Source: Isurus oxyrinchus
Lineage: Eukaryota
Length of the DNA stretch: 64,000 bases
NCBI GenBank assembly: GCA_026770705.1
Contig: JANJGN010000009.1
Location: 61,256,001-61,320,000, forward strand
Reading direction: 5' to 3'
Shown here: positions 10,186-24,849 of the stretch, piece by piece
Layout: each line of letters starts with the position of its first letter
Numbering within the stretch: the first letter of the stretch is position 1
The notes under the pieces: model-generated
What the model was told of the DNA's origin: nothing
Databases searched by the model: none
The model's input: only the letters and a program-made list of their open reading frames with translations
Position numbers and translations under genes: made by a program

Positions 10186-12429
10186 TTTGAATATATAGTC
10201 TTCATCACTTCAAATGGAATATTATAGAAGTGGCCAGGGAGTCAGTTGAACAGCTCGGCAATATTTTTTTTTTGTTCTCAGCTGCCCTGTTCTCAGCCAA
10301 AACAGCAAGGTGGAAAATCCAACCAATTGGAGTTTAGCAAAGATTGCCTAGCCCTATTTCTGTTTATAATTCCTGTACAGCTACCAAAATCAAGTTGTCT
10401 GGGCTGGCTGTATGCTTGCACAAAAAATATTGCTGAAAATTGAAAACATGTATTCTCAAAAAAAAGATGACTTCTCCCATATCATGTAATTATGTTCATA
10501 GTTAGGAATACCAGTATCAGTAAAATGAGTATCCAGCCGAACTGAAGTTTCAAGTCTTTCCCTCCTACTTTGTTAAGTGAACTTGTCATCTTTGTATGTG
10601 TGACAAAGTAAGTGCCCTGTTTTAATCTCCACCTCAGCTTCATGGTGTGAAAGCTCTTTCATCTATTAAATACTGCAATTTGAATGTCACCAAGTTCACC
10701 GCAAAATAATGAGCCCAGGAGGAGAGCTTTTGTTACTTCAAATGAAAGGCTTTGTGTGTTCTCTTGTTAAAATGTCATTTTCTCTGTGTAATTTCATTGT
10801 GTAATTAGACTTCAGTATGAAATACTGTATTTCTGCAAACATGAGATCATTGAATCTCTTATTTCTCTTAATGCTTCAATTTTTATCATAGCTCTTCATC
10901 GAGAGTTGATTTTATGCAGGCATCAGTCCCTCCTAATGGGAAGAAGCTCATGAAAATGTCAGATTTATACAAACGTGGCTGTGCATATTTTTTAGTCAAG
11001 GTAGAACTCATTTGACTTAGTGAAAAAATTTTAAAAATTAAACACTTTGAACCATAATGAATTTATTCATAATCAGTGCAGTTGGAATATTATTTGGGCG
11101 CAGGCACTATAACATTATTTTAATAGACTTTTCAAATATATATGCATAATATAGTATTTTTTGTGATCTTGTATTAATTCTGTGCAGGAGCTGAGAAAGG
11201 CCTGGAAGACTCTGATATTAAAGTAATATAGTTAGGTTGCTTCCTTGGAATCCGCATAACATTGAATTACAAAGCCATGTTTGAGCTTGATGGTGCCTCA
11301 ACATCCTAACAATGTGTTGGAGGACAGATTGTCAGACCTTGCAAGCCCTTTTGAGCACTGATATCCACTGTCATGACGGTAGCAATTTGAGCTTGCATGA
11401 ATTCAATCCAAGTTTCCACTGCAGCAATCTAACACTGGATGGGATCTGCTTGTTCTGTAATGAAAACTAAGACATCACACGCTGCATCATAATTGAGCCC
11501 ATGTGTTTGATAGAGTTGGCCACCACTTCCAAATTGGAAAGGATGGACTCGAAGCTCTGCAGAAAGACATATGCAGGGCTGGTACCGGTCTCCTCCATGC
11601 TCTTTGACAGTGATTGCAGGCTTATTGCAAGCCTGTCAATGCAGCATGCATTTCTGTGTACATACATCATCAGCTTTTTTCTGTATGCTGACTCATCAGA
11701 CCCCTCGTAGAGCAGAACCCATGTGTAGCATCACCTTTTGGCAAGCTGGCACCTGTGTTACTCCTTCCACTTGCACTTGCTACAGCCTGTTCAGGCTCAA
11801 TGTCCCCCCACGTCCAGACCCTGCTTTTTACCTACTCTTTTAACTATGCTCAGTGTCAAAATCTGAGCTGGTGAGGGTGAGCGATGGTGTTCCTTCATCA
11901 TCACTGTCCTCTTGCTCTTCCACCTAATGCTCTTTCACCACTGCCTGGCCAGGTTGCAGTTCTTAATATATGAAAGGAGAAAGGCACAAAGGTATGTAGA
12001 GTTACACTGATGGGAGTTGGAGGGGGTGGTGGGGGGATAAAGAATGCTTAGACAATCCGCATGTGGGGGAGTGGGATGTGAGCAGGAGGATTAGGTATGA
12101 GGCTACTGAGAACTTCAATCGTTTCAGTCCTGCCATTGACCACAGCCTCAATCATGACCACAAAAATGATGCCAAGCACCATGTCATTTATTGGAATAAG
12201 GACATGCAGCCCTGCCTATCCCCCAGCGGCTGTGTGTATAAGCTGTGAGAAGTGGATGTGAGACTTTCAGCAATGCTAATTGTGTGAGGATGAGTTAAGC
12301 TATGAATGTTAGGTTATGGGTTGTAATTGATAGAGATTATCAGTAGGTAAGTGATGAGGTGTGGTGCATTGAGCAGTATGTAAGGCTAGTGATGCAGGTG
12401 GGATATTGCATTTTAAGATCCATTCACTG

Positions 12430-12650
12430 ACCTTAACCACTTGTGTGAGGTTATTGAACTTCATATGGCACTGCATCCAGGTCCTGTGGTATTGACTGTG
12501 ATGGCTATCTGTTCCTACTGCCTATGCAGTGTATGTCAGGAAGGCCTCCTGGTCCTCTATGAATAGAGAACCTCCTTCCACATGACCACCAACTTCACCA
12601 AGGCTGTCAAAGCTGTATCAGAAAGCCTTAGACCCTAATCTCTGCCATGT
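12430..12650 (-). pseudogene. Myb/SANT-like DNA-binding exon relic of a Harbinger-type transposon
   Basis: Minus-strand translation ...RTWMQCHMKFNNLTQVVK followed by donor GTCAGT; resembles the C-terminal helix of Harbinger/NAIF1-type Myb domains. Confidence 0.6.
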
Positions 12651-12728
12651 TCTTCCAACCTTATGTCTTTCCCAAGTCAAAATCCATTCCAGAATGACTT
12701 CCATCACTGCTCCAGCTAAAATGCAACT

Positions 12729-15700
12729 TGTAATAAAATGGCATGCTTTCTACATTTAAGAGAATGTAGTTAGTTGACTGTATTGAAGAATCACTACACA
12801 GCAGGGGCTTCTTGGGTAACTGGAAGTCTAGAGCGGGAGGTGATTAAAGAAGCACACATAGTGTTAGTATTCTGTTCTTAGTTCCAATAAACTACCAGTG
12901 TTTGTTCAGTCAATCCGTCTCTCTGCCTATATTGTTTTCAAGCACCAACTAATGTGTTAATATCAAAGGTGCAGCTAGCATTCACCAGACAAAGCAAACC
13001 TGATAACCAAAAACATAAAACTGGCAACGAGGGTAAACTGGATCAGTTGACAGCAATCAAGAAAGCCGTGGTAAGCCAGCTACATTACATCACCACTACA
13101 TTGAAAGCCGTTTGAAAGCACTGTTTTCCTTGGTCATCAAGTATGCCGTGGTTTGGGCATCTTGAAACATTCAAACTCTTTTCCGATGACTGACTGGTCT
13201 CATTACATCAAATGCCTAGTGTTCTTCTTTACCGTGAACTACATTGTGGGGGAAGACAAGAAGAGGGCAATTCTTGTCCACATGTGGGAGCAAAGTGTGT
13301 GGGCTAATCCGCAGCCTCACATCACCTAACGCCCACGATACAAAGACTTTGGACAAGATAGTAAATATTTTTTAAAAACATCTGAAGCCAAAGACTTCAG
13401 TCATCATGGAGCTTTTTAAATTCAATTTGAGAATTAGGCTTCCGGGAGAGACAATTACTGGCTATGTAGCTGCTTTAAGGGAATTAACAGAATATTGTGA
13501 ATTCGTAACTTGAATTAATGACATGTTGAGAGACCGACTGATATGCAGAATTGAGGATGATATTCAAAAGTGATTGCTATCTGAAACTAATCTAGACTTC
13601 AGCAAGGCATTAGAATTGGCAACAGCCATGGGGAGCACTGTTAGGGACTTGGAGGCAATGAAAGAAACAAAACATCTTGTAGGGCGGGAAGGGCCAGTAA
13701 CAAAAGGCGCAAAAATCTCAGACACGACATTAATGAAAGAAATGCATCCAGGCAGCCTGCAGGCGATCGACAGTTCAGAAATATCGAATACTTCTTCTTC
13801 CACCGCAATGGTAAGATAATGCAGCACTGGCAAGATAGGCTGAGACAGCATTTTAAAAACAAAGGTAGAAATCGCAAAATCTGTTTTGTTGAAGAACCAG
13901 AGGATGCAAAATCTGACACCTATTCATTATACGACCTGAAAATGGGCAGAACTGAGCCAATCCAGGTAGCCAATTGAGTCAATGAACAACCCATCAAGAT
14001 GGAAGCTAATACTAGGGCATCAATGTTTGTCATAGGAGAACATACGTTCAGAAACTTGAATAAAGGAGTCCTTCCTTTAAGTTTTTGAAGAATCAGACAC
14101 TAAATTAAAACGATATACAGGTGAAGAAAATAAGAGTGAAAGGAATATGTCAAGTCCTGGTGCAGTATGGGGATCTGTCTGCAAATTTACCCATGAGAGT
14201 AGTAGCTGGGGCAGGCCCCAGTTTAATTGTTGGTAACTGACTCAAAAAGATTAAATTGCAGTGGGCCAAGATTTTTCAAATCAGAATGAGAAACTTACAG
14301 GAATTGTTACAAAAGTACGCTTCCTTTTACACAGACAAGCTAAAAAGTATTTGTGGACTACAAGCCAAAATCCATGTAGACCCTAACGCAACCCCCAGGT
14401 TTATCAAAGCTAGACCAGTCCCTTATGCTCTACAGGACAAGGTAGAGGCTAAGATAAACAGGCTGGAAAATTTCTTACAACCGGTGCAATTTTCTGAGTG
14501 GGCGGCACCCATAGTATCCATACTGAAGCCAGACCAAAGTGTTTGCTTATGCGATGACTATAACTCAACTGTGAACAGAGTGGCCAAACCTGATAGACAT
14601 CTGATACTGAAGATTGACAACTTATATTTTAAATTGGCAGTGGGCATCACATATTCAAAACTTGACATGAGCCACCCCTACTAGCAGGTAGAGATGGATG
14701 AAGGCTCTAAGGAATTCATGGCCATCAATACACATTGAGGATTGCATCAATATATTCGACTACCCTTTGAGGTCTCGTCATCATCTGCTATTTTCCAGCG
14801 TACCATGGAAAATTGGCTTCTGGGACTGCCCTATATTGTTGTTTATCTGGATGATGTCTTAATCACTGGAAGAACTGATGAAGAACACTTAGCTAATTTG
14901 GAGCAAGTGCTGAAACGCTTCTCACAAGTGGTGGTGTGCTTGAAATGAGAGAAATATCTTTTCCAAGCCAAAGAGGTAGTTTACTTGGGCCGTAAGGTTG
15001 ATGCACAGGGCCTGCATCCCGTGGAAGAAAAGATCAATGCTAATCGTGAGGCGCCTACATCAGGACACACTACTGAACCAGAGGTCTTCTTAGGCATGAT
15101 AAACTACTATGGGTGATTTCTCCTAAATCTATCAACCGTACTGGCTCTGTTATACGCATTGCTTAAGAAAAAACATAAATGGATTTGGCAAGCTGTGCAC
15201 CAGGATGTGTTTCTGAAGGTAAAGCAATGGTTAAGATCATCAGCCCTACTGGTCCACTTTGACCCAAAGAAAGAATCAATTTTAACTTGTGACACTTCCT
15301 CTTATGGAGTAGGGGCTGTACTTTCACATTGGATGGCGGATGGCTCTGAACAACCCATTGGTTATATACCTCACATGCTCAGTGCTGCAGAGAGACGATA
15401 TTCTCAAATCAAGAAGGAGGTTTTGTCTGTTAGTGTTTGGTGTTCGGAAATTCCATCAATGCCTTACCATTTTCACATTATATCTGACCACAAGCCTCTG
15501 CTGGGATTATTTGGGGTGGATAAGGTGATACCCCCGCATCATATCTGCTCGCGACCAGAGGTGTGCACTGATATTGCTTACGAATACATTTTTACTCACC
15601 GATCAGGAAGCCAGATCACACATGCTGATGCGCTGAGCCGCCTCTCCCTGCCAGATAACGTGAAGGTTTCAATTCCCCAGGAACTTGTCTTAGCACTAAG

Positions 15701-16544
15701 TTTTTTGAATTCCGCCCCTGTCCAGGCCAAACAGATCCATGAATGGACAAGCCGAAATCCACTTTTATCTCACATCTGGGAGCAGGTCTTGAACTAATAA
15801 AGAGGCATCTCCGCCCCCACCTAAGTCTTATCAGGCCGAATTTACTGGGGAGGGTGAAGAGAAGCCAAGAGGCTTAGAAGACCAGACGTGATGGTCTTAA
15901 TAATGAAAGAAATTTCATAGTGGGAAACACAGTTCTCATGAAGAACTCTGGAAATGGGCCCAATTGGCTATTAGGTGAAGTGATTGAAGAGAGACAGTCC
16001 TACAAGAAGGAATGCCGTCATCATTTGTGTTTGAATCTACACCGCATGTGGAAGAAACGTCATATGATTTGGTAGTACTAGTGGGGCATGTTGGACTCGA
16101 GAGTGAAAGACACAAACTTGTCCACCATAGAGCCTGGTAGACAGTTAACCCCTGAGAAGTGAGTCTTGGAAAAACTCAAAATAGTTATTCTTGTAAATAA
16201 TTGAGATGTTGCGATGCTTGTCAATTGTACTTTCAACTAAAAGGGGAAGGATGTGGTAAAGTGGAGTGCTAGTACATTTAAGTGAATGTAATTAGTTGAC
16301 CATGTAACTGTATTGACCAATTGCTACACAGCAAGGGATTCCTGGGTGACTGGAAGTCTCAAGCCGGAGGTGATTGAAGAAGCACACATCGTGTTAGCGC
16401 TCTGTTCTTAGTTCCAATAAACTACCAGTTTTGATCAGCTAATCGGTCTCTCTGTATTATTTCAAGCACCAACTAATGTGTTAATATCAAGGGCGCAGTT
16501 AGTGTTCGCCGGAGGAAGCGAATCTGAAAATCAAAAACATAAAA
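12729..16544 (+). mobile_element. Decayed Gypsy LTR retrotransposon (gag-PR-RT-RNaseH; integrase largely deleted)
   Basis: LTRs 12729-13020 and 16252-16544; TSD CAACT; PBS-like TGGCAACGAG; PPT AAAGGGGAAGGA; RT FSEWAAPIV, AIFQRTME, VVYLDDVLITG; RNaseH LTCDTSSYGVGAVLSH, SDHKPL, HADALSRL; many stops and frameshifts. Confidence 0.93.
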
Positions 16545-16857
16545 CAACTCGCCTTTAAGATAAGATTTAAGAGGATATCTTTAACTTCTGTTAGCCTGTT
16601 GCTATTTTGTGATTCCTGCCTTCAGGCATGCAGTCACTCAACAGTATACTTAGCGCTGGCTGCAAGCTTCAATCATGTGAGTGAGTAGGCAGCGCGAGGT
16701 TTGTGCAGTATCGACACCTGTTTTCAGGTTGCCAAATTTCAAGATCCAAGTTTCTGACAGCTTTGCACCAGCCACCAAATCCAGGAATATTCTCAATCAT
16801 TGGCATTGAGGCAGCATAGAGATGAACCATATAATTCTTTTGCTATATTTGATTTTA

Positions 16858-17676
16858 GGTCAGAATTTTTCGCTTGTTGGATGGGTGTGTGCCCGACCTG
16901 AACAAACATGAAGTGATGCGCAGTGATGTCAGATGAACATCCCAAAGTCATCGCACACTCGAGCGATATTTCGGTCAGCTTGTGCACCCGGGAGTCGGCA
17001 GCGTGCCCACTGGCAATTATAAGCCCTATTAAGACCATTAAAGTAATAATTGCCGCCTTTGGATTTTTTTGGAAACCTCATCCACAGTGGGAAGAGGTTT
17101 CCTCCAACCGTTCACAGAATCACAGAATCTCACAGTGCAGGAGAAGTCCTTCGGCCCATCGAGTCTGCACCGACATGCGAGAAACACCTGACCTACCTAC
17201 CTAATCCCATTTACCAGCACTTGGCCCAGAGCCTTGAATGTTATGACATGCCAAGTGCTCATCCAGGTACTTTTTAAAGGATGTGAGCTTGTGATTTAAT
17301 TAAATTAAAATTAAAACTTTAACATTTCATTAATAACATGTCACTTCTCATGTGAGAGAGTCACATGTGGGGGCATTTTTTTATAACATTTTAAAAGTCT
17401 TTATTTATCATTTTTTAAACCTTCTTCTCCCTGAGGCAGCATTATATCTCAGGGAGCTTTTCCTGCGCGCACCCACATGCATGCATGAAGTTCCGCGCTC
17501 ACCCCCCCCCCCCCCCCCCCCCCCCCGCCCACACAGCACACGTTTCACCCTGGGCAGGCCTTAATTGGCCCACCAGTGTGAACTTGCGGTTGAGCCCTGA
17601 TCAAGTGCGGCAATTGGCTTCCTGACCACTCATGCTTTCCTCCGCGATCCTGCCTGACGAGGGCAAACTTCTGCCC
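16858..17676 (+). mobile_element. Non-autonomous TIR element (Harbinger-like MITE) with a CR1 3'-tail inserted at ~17115-17290
   Basis: Ends GGTCAGAATTTT...AAACTTCTGCCC; homologous to 55186-55784 and, inverted, to 29840-30115. Confidence 0.7.
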
Positions 17677-18489
17677 TGAAATCAATATGAATGGTACAGC
17701 AGTTGGAATACTTCCTTGCGATCAAACTTACATATAAGGTATTTGTTAGTCCAATATTCCAAACAAAATTTCACAAGCATACAAAATCAATTCTCACAAC
17801 CTTCCTGTTGTGCTCAGCCAGCCATCATAACCAGGTTTAATATAGGGGCTAAATGACTGTGCCATTACCCTTTCCCATGTTAATGGATTCCCTGGAGCTA
17901 TTTAGTCATTCATATTCTCATGCACCCTTCATTTAGATTTTTTCTGTACATGATCCCGCCATCTCAGCACTGCAGCTAGATAAACATATGAAGGAGAAAA
18001 GGATAGCGGGTAATGCTGATAGGGTGAGAAGAGGAAAGATGGGAGGATTTTGCGTGGAGTACAAACATTGTCATGGACTGTACGGGCTGACTAACCTGTT
18101 TTTGTGCTGTATATTCTACATAATTATGCATTATTTAGATCCTTTCCCAGCTAGGACCCTTTTCAACACTTATTTTAAGGTACAGAGTAGCAATTTGATA
18201 GATGCAGAGGGTCACTGTGCAAAAAATGCTTCTATTGTTTGTCAGAATGTAAAAGCTTTGTTACCAGCTATGTTTTTATCTCAGCTATGAAAATCGTATT
18301 TTGAAATTAGGAACTCATTACGGAGATCTGGTAGAAGAAGAAGGAAAGATGAGCTAATGTCTCATTGAAGTAGAATATTTCAATCACCACCTTGGGGAAA
18401 CAATGACATGCCCATAAAGTCTAGGAACCCACAGTTTTATAGAATTGGGATGAGCTGAATTCACATAGATACTCTGCACTGATACACTG

Positions 18490-18570
18490 TGGTGGGGCCG
18501 GGGGTGGTGGGGGGGGGTGGGGGGGGGGGGGGGGGGGGGGGGGGGTGGTGGGTGGGTGGTGGTGGGTGGG
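18490..18570 (+). repeat. G-rich low-complexity tract
   Basis: Long G runs with GGT interruptions. Confidence 0.85.
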
Positions 18571-21324
18571 ATTTTTAACTTTACTTGTACAGCCAAGTAA
18601 TGGGAGGTGCCACAGTCGGGTGCATGTAACTCAGAGGTTGGGTTCCCCACATACTGTGGAGATTTAATTTTACAACATGTGTGTGATGTGTCATCAACAG
18701 GTTGCCCACCTGCAAGTCAGCCCGATAGCCCAACTCGGCTTTCAATCAGGCAGGAAGCATTCCGGAGGAGGTCACAAGTAGGTTCATGTTTCAATTGCAG
18801 TGGGGGTGATTGGGTACGATCAGGATTCCAGGGTCCATTTGTCATGTGGAGGATCCAATCACAGGTATAAGGTCAGTCCCACAGTCCAGCTCTGGGATCG
18901 GGGGAGGCCTTGTAGGGTCATAGAAGACCTTGAGGTAAAAGAGGCGGTAGTCAAAGGCCTCAGTGGGGATGTGCTGTGAGCAGTTTTGGGCATCACTCAG
19001 GAAGGATATGGTGGCCATGGAATTTAGAAGATTAAGGTCAAGGTTGATGGAAACTATTCCCACTTGTTGTTGAGGTGAGGCCTAAATTAGAAGCACACCT
19101 CTCAGAAGTAAATTTAAGATACACTTCTACAAGCTAGGGTGATAGAAGTTTGAAATGCTCTTGCATAAAAGAGAATTAATGCTAGATTCATTGTTAATTT
19201 TAAATCTGACATTGATAGGTTTTTATCAGCCAGAAGTATTGAGGGATATAGCATAAAGATGGGTAAACGGCATTAGGTCATTGATCAGCTATGATCACAT
19301 GGAATAGCTTGATCGACTAAATAACCTACACTTCCTAAGGGATACATTTTTCCTGGGCACCAATACTCTGTTGCTGGGATTATACCTGGGTCCCAAGGTC
19401 ATGCATTGTCTCAGTGCATCTGCCAGAGTAACTTTATATCAGACAGCTTCTTAATTGGCCACCTTTGTGTTCATCATCCAGTTAAGGACCAATAAGAAAG
19501 CCAGCAGTAAGTCCAGATTGCAGCCACCTGGGAGAGGTGGCAACTGCTGGAGGAGAGGAAGACCTTTGATGTGCCTCAAAATAGAGGTGCTCATGAAGGC
19601 CTCTCTCCTCAATTGTGCATCAAATGACAAAGTACCATAAGTACCTCCAGTTCAAGTATTGCCCCCTCCAAGAGAGCGCCCATGGCCACTCCTGGGCCAA
19701 CATGAGTATTGTGGCTCCGTGATGCTGTCATCAATGGCTTACCAACTCCCAGTGAGATTCCGCCTCCCCCAGCATTGCCGGGCTCCCTAAATGGCACAAG
19801 ATCTGTGTGTCTCAGGGAAAGTTAAAGTGCTGGGGGAAATGGCCCTTGAATGGGGTCTTAATTGGTTTATTTGCCTGCCCATCTCTGTGAATTAGGTTGC
19901 AAAATTCAGGTGACAGCCCATTCCTGAAGAAGCTGCAAAGAGGTGGGACAACACTGGGGAACACTCGATGGAATTTGCCACTGCTTTCTTGGCCGCACCT
20001 TGCCTCCAAACCCATCTCAATGGTTTGGGAATATTCAGCTTTATGTTCCAAGGTAAAGGGGGATTGGTGGGTTGGAGATCAGAGGCCTCGTGAGGGAAGA
20101 TTGAAGGCCTGGGGAGACATCAAAGACCTTGGGGGGAGGTTAAAGGCCTCGTAGAAAGATTGGAAGGGTCAGAAGTGGGTGTCTGGGGGATTTGGCCAGA
20201 CAGATACCCTGGATCCATCAGGTAGGTGAAAAGATATTTACCTTCTGATCCAGCTGTCCCTTACCACAGTTTAGCTGACAGGTTTCCAGAGGACCTGGTA
20301 ACCTAAGCAACCAGGAATAAATTTCAAATGTGAATAAAAATGAGGCACATAGCCTGAGTATAATAATTAAAGCACCAACCTTCCTTCCTGCATGGATGGT
20401 TGCTCATGCCCAATGCACCACCATCGCTACCCACCACCCCAATCATGGAAAGTTTGACTCTCTATTTCATTCATGAATAAAATTTGCATGGCTGTTCAAG
20501 CAACTGAACCTGTCGGAACTGGACTGAACCTGGATTTGTTAATAATTAGCTTCCTCATGTAATGTTTCTAAGTGTTATTTGCTAAGTTAATGTAAATAGA
20601 TATATTCAGGAACATTTCAGAAATTTTTACATTTGATTATTTGTAATTGTGCTGAGGAAGTTTGCATGAAAATGTTTACTTTTTTTATAATGTTAAAAAC
20701 ACGCACACACACCTGCCTAAACACATGGCATTACTCAAACTTCATTGAACTTAGCAGGAATTCACCTCCTTTCTTGCATCAGTTATTCAAAATAGGCAAA
20801 AGATTGAAATTCAGATGATTTGCACAATGATGACAGAATTTCATTCCCAAGCATGTAAATACATTTTTATTCTTTGATGCTTCAGAAAATTCCAAACTCA
20901 ATGACGTCAGCTAAATAGTGCTAAATTATTTTGCAAATACCCACATTTTAAATCATTTACTGTTTGAAATAATTGTCTATTATTAAAGTAACAGAGGAAA
21001 AGGTTTTACAATTCGTCAGATCACATCCTAGTTTCTCGTTTTCATGGCATGTGGTGGGTGAATGATTTTCTCTTCTAATGAAAGCCACAGCAAAATAAGT
21101 GGACTGTTAAAATGTCTAAATGGCACCTTCGCTGTGACTGTCAATTTACATAGGTAAAGTATCTGAAAACTTTAAAAAATGCTGTTTGCAATAATCTTGC
21201 TGAATTCTCAGAAAAGTGAAGGTTATCACTAGGAACAATGGATATACCCTGTGAAGACTATGGATCTTTAATAGTTAGTGCTTGGTTCCAATTAGTGGCT
21301 TAGCAAGGTTAAAAGTAAAATTGG

Positions 21325-21760
21325 AAAGGTTTGCATTTACATGGCACTTTTCAAGGCCATCAGACATTTCAAAGCAAATGAAGTATTGCTGAAGTGTAGT
21401 CACTGTTGGAAGTGGGAAACACGGCAGGCAACTTGTGTATAGCAAACTTTCACATACAGCAATGTGATATTGACCAGATAACCTGTTTTCTGATGTTGAT
21501 TGAGAGATAAATATTGACCAGGACACGAGGAGCCTCCTGCTCTTCTTCAAAATAGTACCATGGGACATTTTACATTTACAAGAGCATACAGATGGGGCCT
21601 CAGTTAAAGTCTCATCCAAAAGATGGCACCTTCAAGAGTGCAGCACTCCCTCAGTACTGCAATGTCAGCCTTGAGTTTTGTATTCAAGTACTAGAGTGGG
21701 ACTTGAACTCAAACATTGTGACTTGGAGACAAGAGTGTTACCAACTGAGCCATAGCTGAC
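21325..21760 (-). mobile_element. tRNA-derived Deu-core SINE (SacSINE1/AmnSINE-like)
   Basis: Minus strand: A box GGCTCAGTTGGTA, B box GAGTTCAAGTCC, then the Deu-like core GAGGGAGTGCTGCACT..GGTGCCATCTTTTGGATGAGAC..GAGGCCCC. Confidence 0.8.
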
Positions 21761-21869
21761 ACACAAGTTGTATCCAACTTTGTCAAGGTTGAATGGAAAG
21801 CTATGTTTTGTGAACAAGGATATCTGAGAGTAACTTAATCTTATAGGAAGAAAGCTAAACACTGTGGAT

Positions 21870-23115
21870 GATGGAACAGAAAATGCTGGAAGTAATCAGG
21901 AAGTCAGACAGCACCCTTAGAGAGAGAAGCAGAGTTAACATTTCAGGTCAATCAGAACTGGAAGATGTTGCAGATCTAACATGTTTTAAGTAAGTACAGA
22001 GGGTGAGAAATGCAAGGAAGGGAGAAAAGAACAAAAGGGAAGAACAGCTTTAGGGTGGAAAGCAGGAGTGATTAAATGATAAAAGGGATGATGATGCAAT
22101 GCGAAAAGCAGGTGGTAATGGGTCATGTAAAGATACAGAGTATGTGTCTAGGGGAAATGCAACTGGCAACAGCAGAACCATTACCAGCATCTGCTGTTCG
22201 AAAAATTGGGAGCAATGGTTACGATCTGAACTTATTGAACTCAATGTTGAGTCTGGAAGGCTGTAATACGCCTAGTAAAAAGTTGAGATGATGATTCTCA
22301 AGCTTCTATTGGGCTTCATTAGAATAGGAAGTCAGAGTGGGAGTGGGGTGGAGAATTAAAATGAATTTTGACCAGAATCTCAGAGACATGTTTATAGATT
22401 GAACAGAAATGTTCAGCAAAGGGATCATCTTATCTGCACTTGGTCTCCCCAGTGTATAGGAGACCATGTTGTGAGCAGCAAATACAGTATAATATAGTGA
22501 AAAAAAGTACAAGTGAATTGCTGTTTTACCTGGAAAGCATGTTTGGGACCCTGAATGGTGAGAAGAGAGGAACTAAAATGGCAGGCATTGGATCTCCTGC
22601 CCTTGCATGGGCAAGTGTCATGGGAAGGGAAGCAGGTGTTGGGTGTGATTGAAGAGAGAACCAGAGTAAAGTAGAGGCATTGATCTCTTTGGATACTTAA
22701 AGGGGAAGGGAAGATATGTTTGGTGGTGGCTTCACCCTGGAAGGTGGCAGAAATGACGGAGTATGATCTGTTTAATGCGAAGGTTGGTATGGAGGTTATG
22801 TAAAAAGGAAGATATATCGGATGCATGCGTGTGGAAAGATACATCATCAGAACAGATGCAAAAGAGATGGAGAAACTGGGAAAATGGAGTAAAGTCCTTA
22901 CAGGAAGCAGGGTGGGAGGAAGGGTGATCAAGGAGGTTCTGGAGTCTGTGAGCTTCTTGTAGGTATCGGTTAACAGCTTATCTTTTCTTATCTAAAAGTC
23001 AAGGTATGGAAGGGACAAATTGGAAGGGATCACACTAAGGCAAGGGAGGAATGGAATTAGAAGCAAATTTGATTAAATTTTCCAGTTCAGGGGAGGAACA
23101 GTATGGTCATCACTG
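21870..23115 (-). mobile_element. Older, diverged 5'-truncated PLE (RT thumb + GIY-YIG relic + 3'UTR)
   Basis: Degenerate ATTKHIFPSPLS, IQGPKHAFQVKQQFTC; colinear with 2640-3700. An inverted pseudo-LTR follows at ~23120-23200 and 23941-24000. Confidence 0.85.
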
Positions 23116-23200
23116 TACGCTGTCCTGCCTCTGTTTTACCTTAAAACCTCTCTAACATCTCACGGTTCTGCTGGAAGGCCATCAAACTGAAACATTGATC

Positions 23201-23940
23201 TGAATTTTCCAGTGAGCTTTGGAAACCTGGCCTTGGGCCCATATGGGGCTCCTGAGCATGCCTATGTCGATGTATCCTTCCAGGAGATGGCTTCCTAATT
23301 GGCCATCTCTGCACTTGCTGTTCTCAGCTGGCACCCTTCCCTCCCATCCCCACCCCGAGACTACAGAACCAGAATGATATCAGGACGGCAGCCCCGCTGA
23401 GAGAGGTGAGCACTGCCGAGGCAGACACATGAGCTCGAGAGCCTCTTAACATGGAGGTGTTCTTAGGTGCCTGCATAGAAGTCATGAAATAAAGAAGCCC
23501 GAAGCCGGGACGGACATCTGGATGAGGGGGAAAATCCTTTATAGAACAAGTGATAGGCGACAGTGTGAGTCTCATCCCCATGGCCCAGTCAATGGGGCAT
23601 GAAGTTTTGACTGATGACCACCAATCCCCTTCACCCCAGCCACCACGAGGCCACTTCAATTGAGCAGACGGCTTCTACACACCTGCAGGGTTGCTCTGAC
23701 AGCGAAAAATATCAATGTGTTTACAAAATAGCCCCGAAGTGGGACCAAGTGGGATCTTAATTGGACTAACAGGCTTCACCCCCACTCCATAGAGCTGACC
23801 ATGTTCCCAGCCCTCCCCTGGGAAAGACACCAAGAGGTAGGAATGCATTAGGGAGCCATCCCAAAATCACTTCCCCCATATTCCCTGCCACCTCCCCACT
23901 CACCTCCAACCCTGTCTCCAAAGCACTGGGGAAATCCAAC
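23201..23940. mobile_element. MITE-like insertion splitting the inverted pseudo-LTR
   Basis: Imperfect TIRs GAATTTTCCAGTGAGCTTTGGAAAC / GTCTCCAAAGCACTGGGGAAATCC; the pseudo-LTR sequence resumes on the far side. Confidence 0.6.
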
Positions 23941-24849
23941 TGATCTCTTTCTCCAGATGCTGCCTATTCTGTTGAGCATTTTCAGCACTTTGTGTTTGTA
24001 ATCCTTATATGAGTCATTTTACTATTGATATTTATAGCCAGAGGAAGTGAAAGCACTTTCTGCAACCAAAAAACTGACCTGGCTTTTACCAGCAATTAAA
24101 ATTTTCCGATTATAAGCTTTTGACATGAATCTATTTTCTACTGACACCAATAAATTAGGAATCCTTGTAATAAAGTCCCATTCAAATCAGCTCAAATTCT
24201 ATCAAAGGGAGTTTATTTTGATAACCAAAAGTAAAAATAATGATTTTAACACAAAAGAGTAGAAAGTGAGAAGTAGGACGAAAGTCAAAAGTTGAAGCCA
24301 GATACAGAGAAGCCTTTTGATATAGAGGGAGGTTGCAGAGAGACTTGAAGAATCTTGCTAGCTAACGATAGTCAAATAATTCAGTGCTTGGTTGTGCATC
24401 AAAGTTAAGCTTCTGAGAATAAAAGAAGGTTAGTTCTATGGAGAGACTCAGCAGTAAATGGAGTAAGGAAACCTGTGGTGACAGATGGCGGTTCATCTCA
24501 CAGGCATAATGGAATTAAACAAAAGACGGAAGCAAACCAACCAATTATCACAAAGAAAACAATGTCTAAGCTCCTGGAATCATTGCTATAGTTGCAAGCT
24601 TACTAACGATAAACTGAAGTAATTATTTTTTAATATATCCAACAGACAATTTAATCAAAGCTGTCAACTTGTCAGTTAGGCAAAATCCAATCTAAACTAA
24701 CCTTGCTGACTTTATTTCAATTTTGGAAGGTTAGAGATAACGTCAATTAGAGATAAGTAAAGCCAAGCTGACTTTCTGTTGCCGTGACATACTAGAAATG
24801 TCTTTGGTCTCCCTATTATAAAAAAATAATATAGAGGCATAGGGGAGAA

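Noticed and set aside
17500-17530. Poly-Pro ORFs from C/G runs (also 18490-18570)
   Set aside because: Translation artefacts of homopolymer tracts
21690-21760. tRNA gene
   Set aside because: Degenerate A/B boxes form the head of a SINE; no intact cloverleaf
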